64,000 bases of DNA from the human T2T-CHM13v2.0 reference genome, Homo sapiens. The notes below the pieces were generated by a model. The model saw only the letters and a program-made list of their open reading frames with translations, made no database searches and was not told where the DNA came from. The position numbers and the translations under genes were made by a program. The stretch lies in assembly GCF_009914755.1 (NCBI RefSeq), contig NC_060934.1; one strand, 5' to 3'. Positions 27,544 to 45,599 of this stretch are shown piece after piece (within the stretch, counting starts at the first letter, position 1; each line of letters starts with the position of its first letter).

Positions 27544-28214
27544 CTCCAATGAGAAGAATGGAAAAAACAAAATGAGAGAAGGGAGAGAGAAACAAAGAAA
27601 ACAAAGCAAGTGTAATAAAAATTCAAAACAACAGACTGGAAGGAGGTTCATCAAAAAGGAGAAACAAAAGAAACAAACTCAATTTATCAACTTGACTTGC
27701 AAAGGTGATATCAGGTTTAGTTTTCCGTTGCAGAGATTTGAACTCAGGTGGAGCTGGGTTAGAAGCAGCTAGCGGTCAGGTGCGTCATTCCAATGGCATG
27801 CATTGAAAGCTGTGAGCTCGCAGCAAACTGATTAGATGGAGGGGAGATTGGGAGCGATGGAAAGCTGCTTGCTCATGATTCAGGATCAGTTGTCAGGTGG
27901 TTAAATCCCAAGCGTGTAAAGGAGCGGGCTAGGCAAACCCAAATACAAATCACTCTCAAGCATGATGGCAGCAGCTGGCAATTAGCAGAGGTTTCTCCGA
28001 TCTGAAGGTTAAGTCTGGGAACCCGTGTGGTCACCAAGTCCTTCCCCTTAGGAATACAAAGTGCCTTCAATTGCAGCGTGTTTGCATATGTTTCTGTTTT
28101 CCTCACTTTGAAATATATAAAATAGAGTCAGACGCGTGTCAGCCAGGTATTTCACGACCATTTATACCTCTCCCCATCTTTCACTTCAAAGATGAGGCTC
28201 AACCCAGGCCAATG

Positions 28215-28450
28215 ATTCAATCATTGAAATATTTATTGAACACCTACTATGGCTGGGCACTGAGTACTACTGAGGACAAATAGATGAATGAGATATAGTC
28301 CCTGCCCTCAAGGGACTTAGAGGCTATCTAAGGAGACAAACTTAAATGCCATATAATGACATGCAATTGTTTACTCTGAGGTATAAGAAAAATGCTATGA
28401 GACTCAGATGAAGGTGCCACCAATTCTTCAAGCTAGGTTTGAGCTGGGCA
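28215..28450 (-). mobile_element. L2 3' fragment
   Basis: atatttattgaacacctactat...gtccctgccctcaag; boundaries approximate. Confidence 0.65.
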
Positions 28451-28864
28451 TCAAAGAGTAAGCTCACCAGGTGAGAGGGTAGGTGAATGGGAGGGTGGGA
28501 AGCCCATATTCCAGACAGCTGGAATGTCATGAGAAAGGAGGGTGTGGAAGGGTGCAGACTGGAGGAGCAACAGGACTGGCCACCTTGTCTGGAAGGCATG
28601 GTGCTCTTGGAGGAGAGAAGAGGGACCAGGGCAGAAAAGAGAGCAAAGGGGTGGCTGCAAAAGCTTTAAGTGCCACCATAGCCACCATCACTCCCTTCTG
28701 ACCAGGAGAATGGCCAAGATAAACTAATTCAGCTTGTGCAAAATTAGAAAGAGATTTGTAACTGGCCTAAATTGTCCTCCTACCCTATGTCTGGGCAAAC
28801 ATCTTGTCTCAAGAAGACACCAGAAGATGCAGGACTATTAAAGCTCAATAAATTAGTAGGGGTA

Positions 28865-29040
28865 ATGACTTTTACTGCTGAGTTGTAAGAGCTCTTTATA
28901 TATTCTGGATACAAGTCTCTTGTCAGAAATAATATGAACTTGCAAATATTTTCTCCCAGTCTGTAGGTTGTCTTTTCACTTTTTTGGTGGAATTCTTTGA
29001 AGCACAAAAGTTTAAAATTTTTGATAAAGTCCAATTTATT
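28865..29040 (-). mobile_element. Old L1 (L1M) ORF2 fragment
   Basis: tatattctggataca...tgcaaatattttctcccagtctgtaggttgtcttttcac; degenerate ORF2-like peptide in ORF 28780..29034. Confidence 0.85.
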
Positions 29041-29827
29041 TATCTATTAACACTAATAATTTTAAATAAATCATAGATCATCAGAAAATAGAGGTCTGGC
29101 CAGTTGCTTCAGGTCAAATTTTTCTAAATCTATCCAGTCAAGTGTGAAAGATGTCAATTGTTACCGTTTGAATATACATTTAAGAGAATTTTAATGTCTC
29201 AGCATGTACATTTTTAAGTAACCAGAGTACAGATCTACACTAAATGGGCAGTAAGATATTCCAAATATGGGATCTGTGTCTATTACTGAGTCAAATTTAG
29301 ATTTCTGGCTTTTGGTTATTGGTGTTCTGAAACTTTTGTCTTTTCTTCTCAAGAGCTGGTTTAGCATCCAGACCCAAATATGTTATAATGTTGACTTTAT
29401 TATTTAAGTCATATATTAGTTCCTAAAAATTATGAAATATCATCCCAAACTATTGATCTATTAAAAAGCTAATTTATAAAAATGTTATCTCATTTATCCC
29501 TCTCCTAAAGAGAAGTAACTAGTTCCTATCGGGAAAAAATGAGTATAAAAAACACAGAGGAAAACAGGGGAAGGAAGATTATAATTTGCATTTAGAAGGA
29601 AATAGTGTTTTAAACCTGTTGCTGAATTAAAACTTGGTCTCATTTGTCATCATCAGTGCTCAGGGTATCGCCTGGCCAGGAGTAAGTGCTTAATAAATGT
29701 CTGTGAATGAATGATTGAAGGAGGCCAATTAATTACCTCCACAGCTATTTATTGGCCTAATTTAGCAAGCACCATGGCAAGATTCACCATCAATTTTCTC
29801 TAAATTAAAGGAAGCCAGATGCTAGTG

Positions 29828-30338
<511 letters not shown>

Positions 30339-31320
30339 CAGCACTGGGCTCACAACAACACCCCTTTTATAAGTTTCCCATTACAGCTAATCTTTGACAA
30401 CTCCAATATAAATGTTTCACTGAAGAAAAATGATTTAATCCTATGAACATTAGAAATTAACAAGAGTAATCCATAACTGAAAAACAGAATCATTCTTACG
30501 GTCTTTTCTCGAAAGAAGGTATAATGGGTCTCAACTTTTACTACTGCTTCTGAACCCCCCTGCCCCATGCTTTTGTTCTTTCACATAGACCTCCACTGTC
30601 CTTGCAGAAAATCAGATGTTTCCAGGAAAGTTCTCGTAGGTTTTGGTTATAATACACAATCAAATGAACCCCCATTAAATCAGTTTTTATCATTATTAGC
30701 CAGTGTCACGCACACACAAAAATATCTGCATATGCAGGACACAAACTTTAAGGTTATTAGAATTAGACATTTGTCCAGGGATTAAAATATTTCTATCAAC
30801 AAGACCCTGTGTTGGCCAGTGCCTGTAGAAGCCCCTCACTTCTTGAATATGGTCAAAGCCTCTCAAAGGTTATGGAGTAGCTGTCTGAATTCCCAAGGAC
30901 TGGATTCTGGCTGAATGCTGTCACCAGTTGGGTGTGGTTCTATATTAGGCTGGATGTCTTCAGCAAACATTCACCTCTCTAGTTGTTTTTTTTTTAAAAA
31001 AAAAACAAAACACTACTTTGTTCAAATTTTGTAAGCAGATGTAACTATAATCATTTAAAACTTCCCACAAAGCATTTTTAAAAATCAGGTAAAGAGAGAC
31101 CCAATAACACACCCATCTCAGCAATTCTGCAGAATGTGCTTTTCACATATCACAACCGCTCATCGGGGAATAAGTTCTTGGAATACATAATGTTGCTAGG
31201 TACCAAATTCTTAGCCCTTGAAATACCAAAGGCATGACAAATTTTGGGCATTTTTAAAAGAAAAAGGAAAATTCTCAGGAAGAGGCCTCTTTCCCTTTTC
31301 TAAATTAAACACCTTATCTG

Positions 31321-31645
<325 letters not shown>

Positions 31646-31843
31646 TGATATAACTTTGAACCCAACCCTGGCAGGAAATAACTTATGGGGGCCCTAAGAG
31701 GCCATCTGTGCATAGTTCCTTACTTAAACAAAGTAATGTGTGACACACCAGATGAAATATCATATTTGGAAAATATCATTATTTTCATCATCATCGTTGT
31801 CATCATCTATCAACCCTGAATAAGATACTGTTTAAAAATAATA

Positions 31844-32209
<366 letters not shown>

Positions 32210-34375
32210 TCACACTCATAGCTATTTTGTTCCTTTAAGTCCTCAGATTGGGCTACCCTAAGTTGTTAGTGTTCTCATCTATTGTAGTGACAAGCTACTA
32301 TATTTCTATTTATGTTTCTATTTCTATTTCTTGGCCTTCATTTTTACCTTCTTTCCTGTTAGCCTAGTAAGCTAATTTTTTAGACCTCAGGGGAGCATTC
32401 ACTCACAGGACTCTCACTGTACTTAACACATTTAAATGCCCATCTCCACTTTCATTCTTCTTTTTGGCACCATGAGAGCCCGAGTGACTAATTCTAAGAC
32501 AAGCGAATAGAGATGGGGGTGTGCGATTCTGCTGTGGGGACCTGTTGGAGCACTGCCTAGCTTTCTGGACTCAGAGTGCTTACATCCCCAAATATAAATG
32601 AACATCTTGAGGGAACCTTAAGATAAGTTGGCAGCATCCAGAATTTTGTGACAGTTTTAAGATTGCCGGTTCTTGTCTAAAGCGTCAATAAGAGTTACGG
32701 TTTCCTTCAGCAAGTGTCAAATATATATTTACATCATGGCAACTCATATTTATAGCAAAAGAGGAAAGATTCCTTTCAAAGAAACTTAATATATGTAACC
32801 CTCCTGCTCAGAAATCCAATTTATACTTCATGGACACAGAATGTCATGTCTAGCAGTATTTCAAAGGGGAAGCAAGAGAAACTTAGCAGACACTTTACAA
32901 ACGAAGCCCGAAACAAAGCGAAAATGGTTTTTCCAAATCTCTAGGCATAAGGTTGTCCAAATGGCCCAAAGATATACTAAGATAGAATGAGGCTACAAGG
33001 AAGTTTGGAGGACAGAAATAAAAATATACCCAACCAACAATGGATGTTATGGAAAATGAATGGGGAAGCCAGTGAAGGAGAGAAACAGTCTGTGCCGTGC
33101 ATCTCAGCTTTACAACCATGCAGGCGTCCTCAGCTCAGTGAGGCCCCAGGCCTGGGTCACATGCTGCAAAAACAAGGAACAGGAAGTGGACTTGGGCAAT
33201 GGAAGGCTGGGCTTCTGGCTGCCAGAGTGGCAAAGGGCGCCCCCTGCCTCTGAGATGGACATCCTACCTTAGGTCAAGCTCCCAGCTCACATCCATTAAA
33301 AACAAAACAAAACAAACAAACAAACAAACAAAAACTCCCTCAAGTTCCAAGACAAGCTCCAAGATAAAAGTCAATGAAGGGCCACAAAAAACCCTGGAAG
33401 ACATTGACTTATCTCAAAGATATCTTGGATGTGTTATCAATGGCCATAGGCTCCCCCCATTCAGAAATTTCTAAGTGCTGGAGAGGTCTTCCATGTAAAT
33501 GGATGCATGTTTTTCAAAATAACTAAGACGTAATTCCTTGGAGAATCCACATTTAGCCAAATACACTAGGCTTTTAAAGCAATATCTTTAATGTACAAAA
33601 TCTCCACCACATATCTTTTTTTTTTTTACACTGCTCCCTGTGGAGCAGGACTGCCCAATAGGCAGTGTGCCCAAAGCAGCCAATGATTTATCTTTAAGGT
33701 TGGCAAAAAGCTCATATGATTGAAAAACTAAGTATATACTGTTATGTACATTACACTTTGCATCTGAAGCATAAAGACTATTTCATATGAACAAACTATA
33801 GGCACACGTCTAGTAAAAAGAAAAAGGGAGAGAGACTATTAGATGTTTTTAAGTTCAGGGTCACTAATTCCTTTTGGATAATGCTTTTTATCATTTAAAT
33901 CCAGAACACCTGACGGTGTCAAACACTTCAAATGCAGACTGAAAACAGAAAAGAATGTATATCTACATTTTTAATAAAGCACCATTTAGGAACATAGGGG
34001 TGTTATAATTTTTATAACCATTTAATATTTCTATGGAAAAGTAAATATTTCTTAATTTTGTGATCTAAATGACTGAGGATCATTCTTGGTCTAAGAGTCA
34101 ATAAGAATGCAATTTTCTGGCTAAAAGGGATGAAAAATAAAAGTGTGCTTTAAAAATTATCTTCACACATATTTATACTGAAACGCATGGCCCTCATATG
34201 AAGGAGCGTTCCTGGGGAGGAGGGGGCCTGGGTCTAGTCCAGCACTGCCATGTCCTAGTGGTGAGCCCCTGGACAGTTACTTAGCCAGGGCCTCTGTACT
34301 TGGTCTCCTCACTGAGCCCATTTCCCAAGAATGCTGTGAAAAGTGAACAGAATGATGGCATCAAAAATGATTTAA

Positions 34376-34774
<399 letters not shown>

Positions 34775-35046
34775 TCAAGTGACACTCAACAGGATAAATA
34801 AGCAACCCAAGGTGATACAGCTAGCAAGTGACGGAGATCATATCTGAACCCAGATTCCAATGCCCATGGGCTTTTCAACTCTCCACATGGCCACTCATGG
34901 ACATGAAGCAGTATTAGTCATTGACCATTTATGGACACTTTGTGCTGTGTTATTTGGACAAACTGTGTAACTTTATAGGGCCTGTGACACTTTTCTTTCT
35001 ACAAAAAGTATCTCTCTACAAGTTAAAACATATAATAGCCAAGTGA

Positions 35047-35377
<331 letters not shown>

Positions 35378-35592
35378 CAGAAATAACCAAAATCTTAATT
35401 TGGCTAATGGCTGTTATATTAAAGTCTCTTTAAAATACACAACTGAAGGGTTTTTTTTTTTTTTAAGAAAAAAAAACAGCATAATTTCTTTATGATTTTA
35501 TAAACATTCTCTAAAGTATAATCTTGACATTTTATAAATAAAAATTTTCCCCCAAAATACTAATTAGCACTTATAATTTAAAATAATCTGTC

Positions 35593-35919
<327 letters not shown>

Positions 35920-37098
35920 TCAAGAGTTTTAGAGAGTGTTGCACCTATCAAAAAATTTGCTAATGGCAAATGGCACGTGTACCTTAACTCCAGGTATGTG
36001 TGTCTTTGATAAGCATGATTGCTTCAATAAGCAATATTATTTTCAAAACATAGAGAATGCTGAAATTAGCAAATTTATAAAATCACTGCATACTGATAAG
36101 TACAGTACATGTACCTTTTAGGATTCAGCCGCTCAACAACCAAGTGAGCACAAAGAAAAAGCTTCGGTAGACTGACAACGAAAATTCAGTAAACCAGAAC
36201 AAGCTCCTCAATGGAAGCATCAGGGCCATGACACGTGGAGCAGCACATGGTTAAGAGTCCTTTAGGACTGTTTTAAGACCTGTGATAACATCTGTGCTTG
36301 CCTCCTCCTTCCTCCTTCAGCTATTATTATTGGTTTATTTGGTTCAAATCAAGTTCGCACCATTCTGGGAACTCCTACTTAATTTTAAATTATGACCCCT
36401 TTGTAGCCTCTTCAGGGTTCTCGGCTCCCCCAGTGTGGAGAGTCCCAACTGAGGACGGCTGCAAAAGCATTGCCGACAATGATGAAAAAGAAGGGATGGG
36501 GCAGAAATGTGAGGCAGGAACAGAAAACAGAAGGCAAAGCCTCTCTTCTGCATCATGTGGGAGTTAGGACAAATCAAAAGATGACTGCTCTGAGAGTCGG
36601 CTCAAAGAGAAACATTGATGTTGCCATAGATCTTTTAATGCTGCCCAAACATGTTAATATGGTCATGGTTTATCACCGGTAAGACAACTTTTGGATATCT
36701 GTTACTAAACACTGTCGTGTTTTGCTGAGACACGTTGCGTATTGAACCCAGGAAAATATTCCAATTATATATATTATATTTTGTTTCGATGCATCCAAAA
36801 ACAAAATAATAATATATATATATATTTTCTTTTTTCAAAGTAGTGGATAATAAATCTTATGGTCTTAAACATACTTCCTGCTTCTTCATCTAGAGCCCTT
36901 AGAAGTGACATATTTCTCCCAATGAGAGATGCTATGCCCGTTCTAAGACAACTGTTGGGTATAGTCATGACACACGCAGGCATGCTGAGAGCTCAAAAGC
37001 TCGGCACTAACTCTTGGAGATACACCTTATTAGCCTTCCCAGGATGCTAATAAATCTCCACTATGCAGGGTGCTGCCTGGAGAAACCTGCCTCCTTAC

Positions 37099-37218
37099 CT
37101 TTGATATGGGGAATGAAGTGGTGTCGGAAAGGGGGGTTGGGGCGGGAGTCGCTGTGGGTGGGGCTGAGGCTGCTGGTGCGCAGGTACGACAACCTCTGCA
37201 CACCAGGAGACAAAAGCT
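37099..37218 (-). CDS. ABLIM1: ABLIM1 cassette exon (E)LLSPGVQRLSYLRTSSLSPTHSDSRPNPPFRHHFIPHIK; 120 nt, phase 1-1
   Basis: tgcacag|AGCTTT...ATCAAAG|gtaagg; open frame (inside ORF 37061..37417); resembles an insert I recall from longer Ablim1 isoforms. Confidence 0.87.
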
Positions 37219-38108
37219 CTGTGCAGCAAGGAGTCAGGGGCAGGGCACGGTGGAAACAGAAAAGAAGAACAGAAATTAACACAGGAGCAGGGAAAGTGCC
37301 ATCGTTCCAAGGGAAAACAAAATAAAGAACGTTAATCAGGAGGCTGAAAAGGGAGGAAGGAGAAAGGGTTAAGAGTGCACCTGCTAAGGCTGAGGCAAAG
37401 TAGGGGAGAGTTTGCAAAGAGGTTCAGGTGGGTACAGAGTCACTCTCTGAGAATAAATGGCTTTGGTGAGGAGAAATGGTCACCCGGATGGTCTCTGTTC
37501 AGCCAGTAGCAGGCACGTCATTTAGACTCAACAACAGCTGTTTTTAAAAAGCACCTGACACAACAGAACCCTCTGAAATGCTTATTAAAAAAAATGACAA
37601 TCATTGTATTTATATGTAAGGGTCAGGTTTTTTTTTTTCTTAAGCAAACATCCCACTGTAAATTTAATTTGATTTTGCCTACATAGAAGGAAAACATGTT
37701 TGTGTTCCCTGTGTGGCAAAGAGGTCTATATGATCCCGAGAACTTCAGCAGGAGGACTGGAGGCTGGAAACTCAGTTATCTCAGGAAGAATGGACCATTC
37801 AAATTCAACCCAGACTGAGGGGGTTTTAAATCATCATCTGGCATCTAGAACTTGTGGAGTGGACACTTTGGGGTGTTCTATATGGATCACAAGTATGCTA
37901 TCAGAATCCCTCCAGCTTCACTTTGGAAGGGCAGCCTTCAAAATAATAACTTTAAAGCCTAACAAGTGGCATCAGGCATACATGTAATATATTGTGAAAG
38001 GAGAGAAGGAGAAGATTCTAAAGTCTATTGGCATCAGAACCATAATTGGAACAGATGGAAACTTTCTCAGTAAGGACATGAGCTTTTGGGGGAAGGAGTG
38101 TTGACTGA

Positions 38109-38540
<432 letters not shown>

Positions 38541-39133
38541 CAGCATAAAGGATTTCTTATTACCCAAATGGACAAAGGCTTAAATCGGGACTCACGTCCT
38601 GGGCATGAATAAAATGAATATAATAGCCCATGAAATAAAGGAAAAAAAATTCCTGAGAACTTTCATTTAATGTAATTCAATAAATAGCACAAACATTTAT
38701 CAGTGTAGAGAAAATTATACATTATCAAAGGATCAAATAGTTTGAATTCTCTACGATCATTAAATCTAGGGTCTTAGAAGATTGCAGCTTTTTATCATCC
38801 TGTTAATTCTTTTGGTTTCATTTCTTGTACAATTTATTTTTAAAAAGGTAGCATATGGGTTTGCTCTCATCTATACGTCCAGAAGCAAGAAGCTTAACAT
38901 GAAGTCTTCACAGACGCGCACTGTCACCATTAAGTTTTATTAGAGGCCAGAATCTTCCTTGTGAATCCATTTCTCAGGGAATCTTGGATCTGTACTGGGA
39001 TCTCCATTCTTCTCCCACTACACACAGGAGACACCCACTAGTAGCTACAGAGACTAAATTCTCTGCAGATGAAGGTCCACTAAAATCTGCTACTTTGTGG
39101 CATTCTCTACTGTAGTGATGCCTAATAATTGTA

Positions 39134-39267
39134 TGTTTTCCAAGTCTGATTGAAAATCTTAGGGTTGGAAATGATTTTGTTTTCCAAGTCTGAGGGAAAA
39201 TCTTAGGGTTGGAAATGATTTTATGTTTCCTAAGAATGACTGAAAATCTTAGGGTTGGAACGATCTT
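39134..39267. repeat. Minisatellite, 3 copies of a ~44-46-bp unit
   Basis: Core gaaaatcttagggttggaa occurs three times. Confidence 0.93.
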
Positions 39268-39752
39268 AAAAGTGATCAAGAACAGCCCTGAGTCCTCTTT
39301 CTAGAAAGTGCTTAACCAAGCATGCTTACTAACACCTAGATAAGGGAAACATAATCCAGCTGTTAAAAATGGCTAATACTGAATTTTAGATGATGTTGGT
39401 ATGCTTAAAAAGCACATCAAAATATTTTCTTTGGGAGATCTCCATTTTAAGTCTCAAAGTGAAGAGATTTTTGTTAATCGTAAAAAAATTTTTAAAAAAA
39501 CCCCTTGCTTCCAGTAGCTCGCTGTCAAAATATAATTATTTAATAAATCAAAATGAACACAGGCTTAGGATGACTGATGTTTCAAGAAAAGATAGAGCAT
39601 AAAATATAGTTGGATACCAGTTTTCATTTTGCTCTGGGAGAGGGATGGAAATGTTTAGTCATTGATTTTTCAATGTGCTATCAATAGTAGGGGAAAAAAT
39701 CACAGAAACATAGTTTGTTATATAGAGTGAATCCAGGAACAGTCACCCTTAC

Positions 39753-39882
39753 CAGGTCTGTGGAAATGCTGGGGAGAGCGGGACGTGGTTGGAGTGTAGC
39801 TGTGGCGGCTGTACACAGGGGAGTTGATGGAGCCCTGGCTCGTGGACCGATGGATCATCCGATCCCGAACATCCTGGTACCC
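39753..39882 (-). CDS. ABLIM1: ABLIM1 exon GYQDVRDRMIHRSTSQGSINSPVYSRHSYTPTTSRSPQHFHRP; 130 nt, phase 0-1
   Basis: gtttccag|GGGTAC...AGACCTG|gtaagg. Confidence 0.96.
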
Positions 39883-40112
39883 CTGGAAACAAAGTTCAAC
39901 ACATTCAGGCTATCACCATGCCTCAGTAGGAACCACGCTTCACAAACACTGCCAAGGAACCATCATGTCTACTTGTTTATATATATTTGATTAATATATG
40001 CACTTATTTTTATGTGCAAATTTTGCAGGTATTTTATATGCAAATAAGCATTCTGTGGCTAATATATTTTGTTCAAAGTCTGCAGTACTTGGGCTTATTA
40101 CAAAATTTTAAG

Positions 40113-40379
40113 AGCCAGGTGTGGTGGCTCACACCTGTGATCTCAGCACTTTGGGGGGCCAAGGTGGGAGGATGGCTTGAAGCCAGGAGTTCGAGAACAG
40201 CCTGGGCAACACAACGAGACCTTGTCTTTACAAAAAACTGTAAAAAATTAGCCAGGGATGATGGCACATGCCTGCAGTCCCAGCTACTCAGGAGTTCGAG
40301 GCTGCAGTAAACTATGATTGTGCCAGTGCACTCCAGCCTGGACGACAGAGTGAGACACTGTTTCTTTAAAAAAAAAAAA
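40113..40379 (+). mobile_element. Alu (AluJ-like) with right-arm internal deletion
   Basis: TSD aaaattttaag. Confidence 0.93.
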
Positions 40380-40840
40380 TTTTAAGGATGAAAACATATA
40401 AACCTTAATAGAGATAGGGCTATGGGACAAGAGATAATAATTCCAATGACCATGCTGACATTGTACTTTTCCGTTTCATAAGTATGTTCACATACCTACC
40501 AGATCTGCATAACAACAAGAAAAGGTAGGTCACATACTATCACCTCCCTCCCCCACTAATGTAGAAACATGGTTCCAAGCTGGTAAGAGCCCTGTGTGTA
40601 GGCATGTAGTTGGTATGGGCAGAGCCTGCTTCGGAACCAGACTCCTGACTCTAATCTCTTCCTTCGTTCTGACCACCAACCAAACTGTACTGTCTACAAC
40701 ATTGATCTGGTGGCATTTTAAATAAATTCTCCTGAATAACAAGTTGATGGTTGCCATAAAGCCGGTATTTTACTTCTCACTTTGGGAAACATATCCCAAG
40801 AAAATAATTTAAAATGCCCTTTAAAAGGAGGAATAATTTA

Positions 40841-41230
<390 letters not shown>

Positions 41231-42238
41231 TTATGACATGCGAATTCAATGGAATATCATAGCACCACTAAAATGTCACCTATCTCCAAATCTAGAAAAG
41301 GATATATTAGGTAATAAGTACAAAAAACCACATGCACACACACAATATAAAACTGTCTAAAGAGTTGAAAGAGTACAAAGAATATTTTACATTTTAGGAA
41401 TCTGTTGTCCTATGAAATTTCTACTAGCACAATAAAAGTAAAAAGTTTGAAAGAATGCATTAATAACGACTAAATGAACACCTCAGTAACCATAGCTTTG
41501 TGGAATTTGAGAGCAAATGGCAAGGGGAAACTTTGGCTTGATACTAGTTGTCTATAACAATAAATTAAATAAAACAACAACAAAACAAAAAGTCCCCAGA
41601 TTATGTGCTTCAAGCTTGCACAGTTGGTCAATAGAAATTAATTCTTCATAAATTCAATGCAAATTATTAGAATATAGGTAGAAATTAATAATTCATAGCA
41701 GTCATAAACCATGAAAATATTATGGTATTTTTACTACTTTGAATTACAGAGATTCCCTAAAAGTAGTCCAGTTTCATAATATCCAGAAAGTTGCTTGGTT
41801 TTAGGATCAGATGATTGATTTCAGACTAAACAGAGTAACCTCCCATCAAGATGGCTCTGCTTATAGAATACGCCATGATGGCTGTTGGCCATTTCAGTAT
41901 ATTAGGGTTCAGAAAAATTAATTATAGATGCGGACAAAGAGCCCCACATTGGGACAAGTGACTTATGTTCCTGCAGACACTTTGCTTCCACTTACAGGCA
42001 CAGACACAGATTAAAGTGAGGCCATTTTTACTCCCTGGTCTCCAATTTAAGAGAAATATATTGCTGTGTCTTAGAGTCTCCTCTTTCACGGAGGTAATCC
42101 CCAAAGCCACCATAACCCCACATGCAGTTTTTCTGTTCTTTTGTATGTTATGTTCTTTTTCAAAAATCCCAGTCTAGGGAAGGGCCAAGCAATTCTCAAA
42201 TTCCACCCATTAAAATGATAAAAAGAAATGGTACTTAC

Positions 42239-42632
<394 letters not shown>

Positions 42633-42828
42633 TCTTTGCCAGTTTTAATTAGAGTTGTTTATCAGAGTCAGCTGTAAATATTAGCCAACATGTACCTGCC
42701 AGCATCCCTCCACATCTCCCTGTCTTCTGATCAGGTACAAATGCATCTGCCATGGGGCTCAGACAGGTAGACTCTGACAAAGTTCCGGGGAGATTCTGGT
42801 GCACATCTCTGCCTAAGAACCATGAATA

Positions 42829-43172
<344 letters not shown>

Positions 43173-43376
43173 TTAAGCTAGACAAGTTGGAACCATTTCC
43201 CTTATATATTCAAACTACGCTCATTTTACTATGATGAGTTACAGCATCTACTGAAACATAGGATCTTGTTCACATGGTTGTTGACTAAATTACAACCACA
43301 GCAATCACCATAAAATAGTTTGATAACTAAAATAGGACTTTGGTGACCAGGCATGGGGCATCCTACCTTGGCTGCA

Positions 43377-43424
43377 TCGCCAATCTCACTATCATTCACC
43401 TCGCCAATCTCACTATCATTCACC
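43377..43424. repeat. Perfect 24-bp tandem duplication
   Basis: tcgccaatctcactatcattcacc twice. Confidence 0.97.
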
Positions 43425-43469
43425 TCTGGCTTCCATCCTCCTAGGCACACAGGCTTCCTTGGGGCCATC

Positions 43470-43860
43470 AACAGGCCAAGCTTTCTGTCACCTCAGGGCC
43501 TTTGCACTTGCTGTCTCTTCTGCTGCCAGTGCTTTTCACCCAGACACCTGCAGGGCTCATTCCCTGTCAGCGCTGATGTCTCTGCTCAAACCCACTGTCA
43601 CACAGCATCTCCGTGACCATTCTGTCCAGAGGAGCAACCCAGCCCCTGGTACGCTTTCTCTTTACTCTGCTTCATTTCTCCTCAGAGCCCTACCACTCTG
43701 TAAAATTATATTACATATCTGTTTCTTTACTGTCTGTCTCCCACGTGATGCCACAAGCTCCATGAGGGCAAGGACTGTTTGTTTACAACTACATATTCCC
43801 AGTGATGACAGCAGCTCCTGGGACACAGTAGTTGCTCAAGTATTTTCCAGATGAATAAAA
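43470..43860 (+). mobile_element. L2 3' fragment
   Basis: cctcagggcctttgcacttgctgt...aagctccatgagggcaagga...; boundaries approximate. Confidence 0.7.
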
Positions 43861-44093
43861 TGTTTACAATTAAAATGCAAAAAGCTTTCAAATAGAAATG
43901 AAATTCAAACAGAGCTATGGAGAACACAGCCAGGGGTGGACTTCTCAGTTTTAGAATTTGCCCTTTTCCCCACATTCTACAGTAAGTGGGCGGACTGTCT
44001 GTATTCTAAGCCTTCACAAGCTCCAGGGTCTCCTCTGCAGCTACAGCCTGTCTCTAGGGGGTCTCAGCTGGGTGAAGGCTGGTCTCAAGGTCA

Positions 44094-44534
<441 letters not shown>

Positions 44535-44859
44535 TTAAACTTTAATGGAATAAATAATAGAACAGCTTGTAAATTTCTCTCAGTTGCAAGATGCAAGTAT
44601 TGGGAAAGAGTTCACTAATATATCTGATTTCTGATCCCAGGGGCACCCTCTATGCATAGAGAAAACCATGGGACATAATTCCAGGTTATGACAGTAAGTA
44701 TGCTGATTACGAGAGTAGCCAGCATTTTTCTTAAGCACTTATTATGTGCCCAGTACTGTTCTAATGTAAATAGCTCACTTACTCTTTACAGAAAACTTCT
44801 AGCATAGGTATTCTTTTTCTCTATCTTGAGTTTGCAGATAAGGAGATTGAGGTATATAA

Positions 44860-45249
<390 letters not shown>

Positions 45250-45599
45250 AGAGTCTGGTTTTAAATGCAGAGATTTTCACCTCAAAGCCCAAACTCTTGA
45301 GTGCTTAATGTTTTACTGCCTTGATGGAGCTGCTGGGAAACGCACACAGACACGTACACTGCACACCATGAACCCCAAATCCTTAACACCATTAAAAAAA
45401 CTCACATCCCCTTGCTTGTATGGGTTAAACATTAGTAAATTCTCATCCACAGGGTCCAAGGCCAATCTCTATGCACTTTGTTCAGGAACTTCCCCTCGCC
45501 TCTTATGCCCTACGAAACTCTGTGGGGTTCAATGGCAACTGACAACCCGGGCCAATGCACCTGCGCTTGAGAGCGGCCGCAAGTGCAGCTACAGCTAAG

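Noticed and set aside
39134-39267. CRISPR-like or interstitial telomere array
   Set aside because: The sequences between the cores are homologous rather than unique spacers, TTAGGG is not tandem, and the context is a eukaryotic intron.
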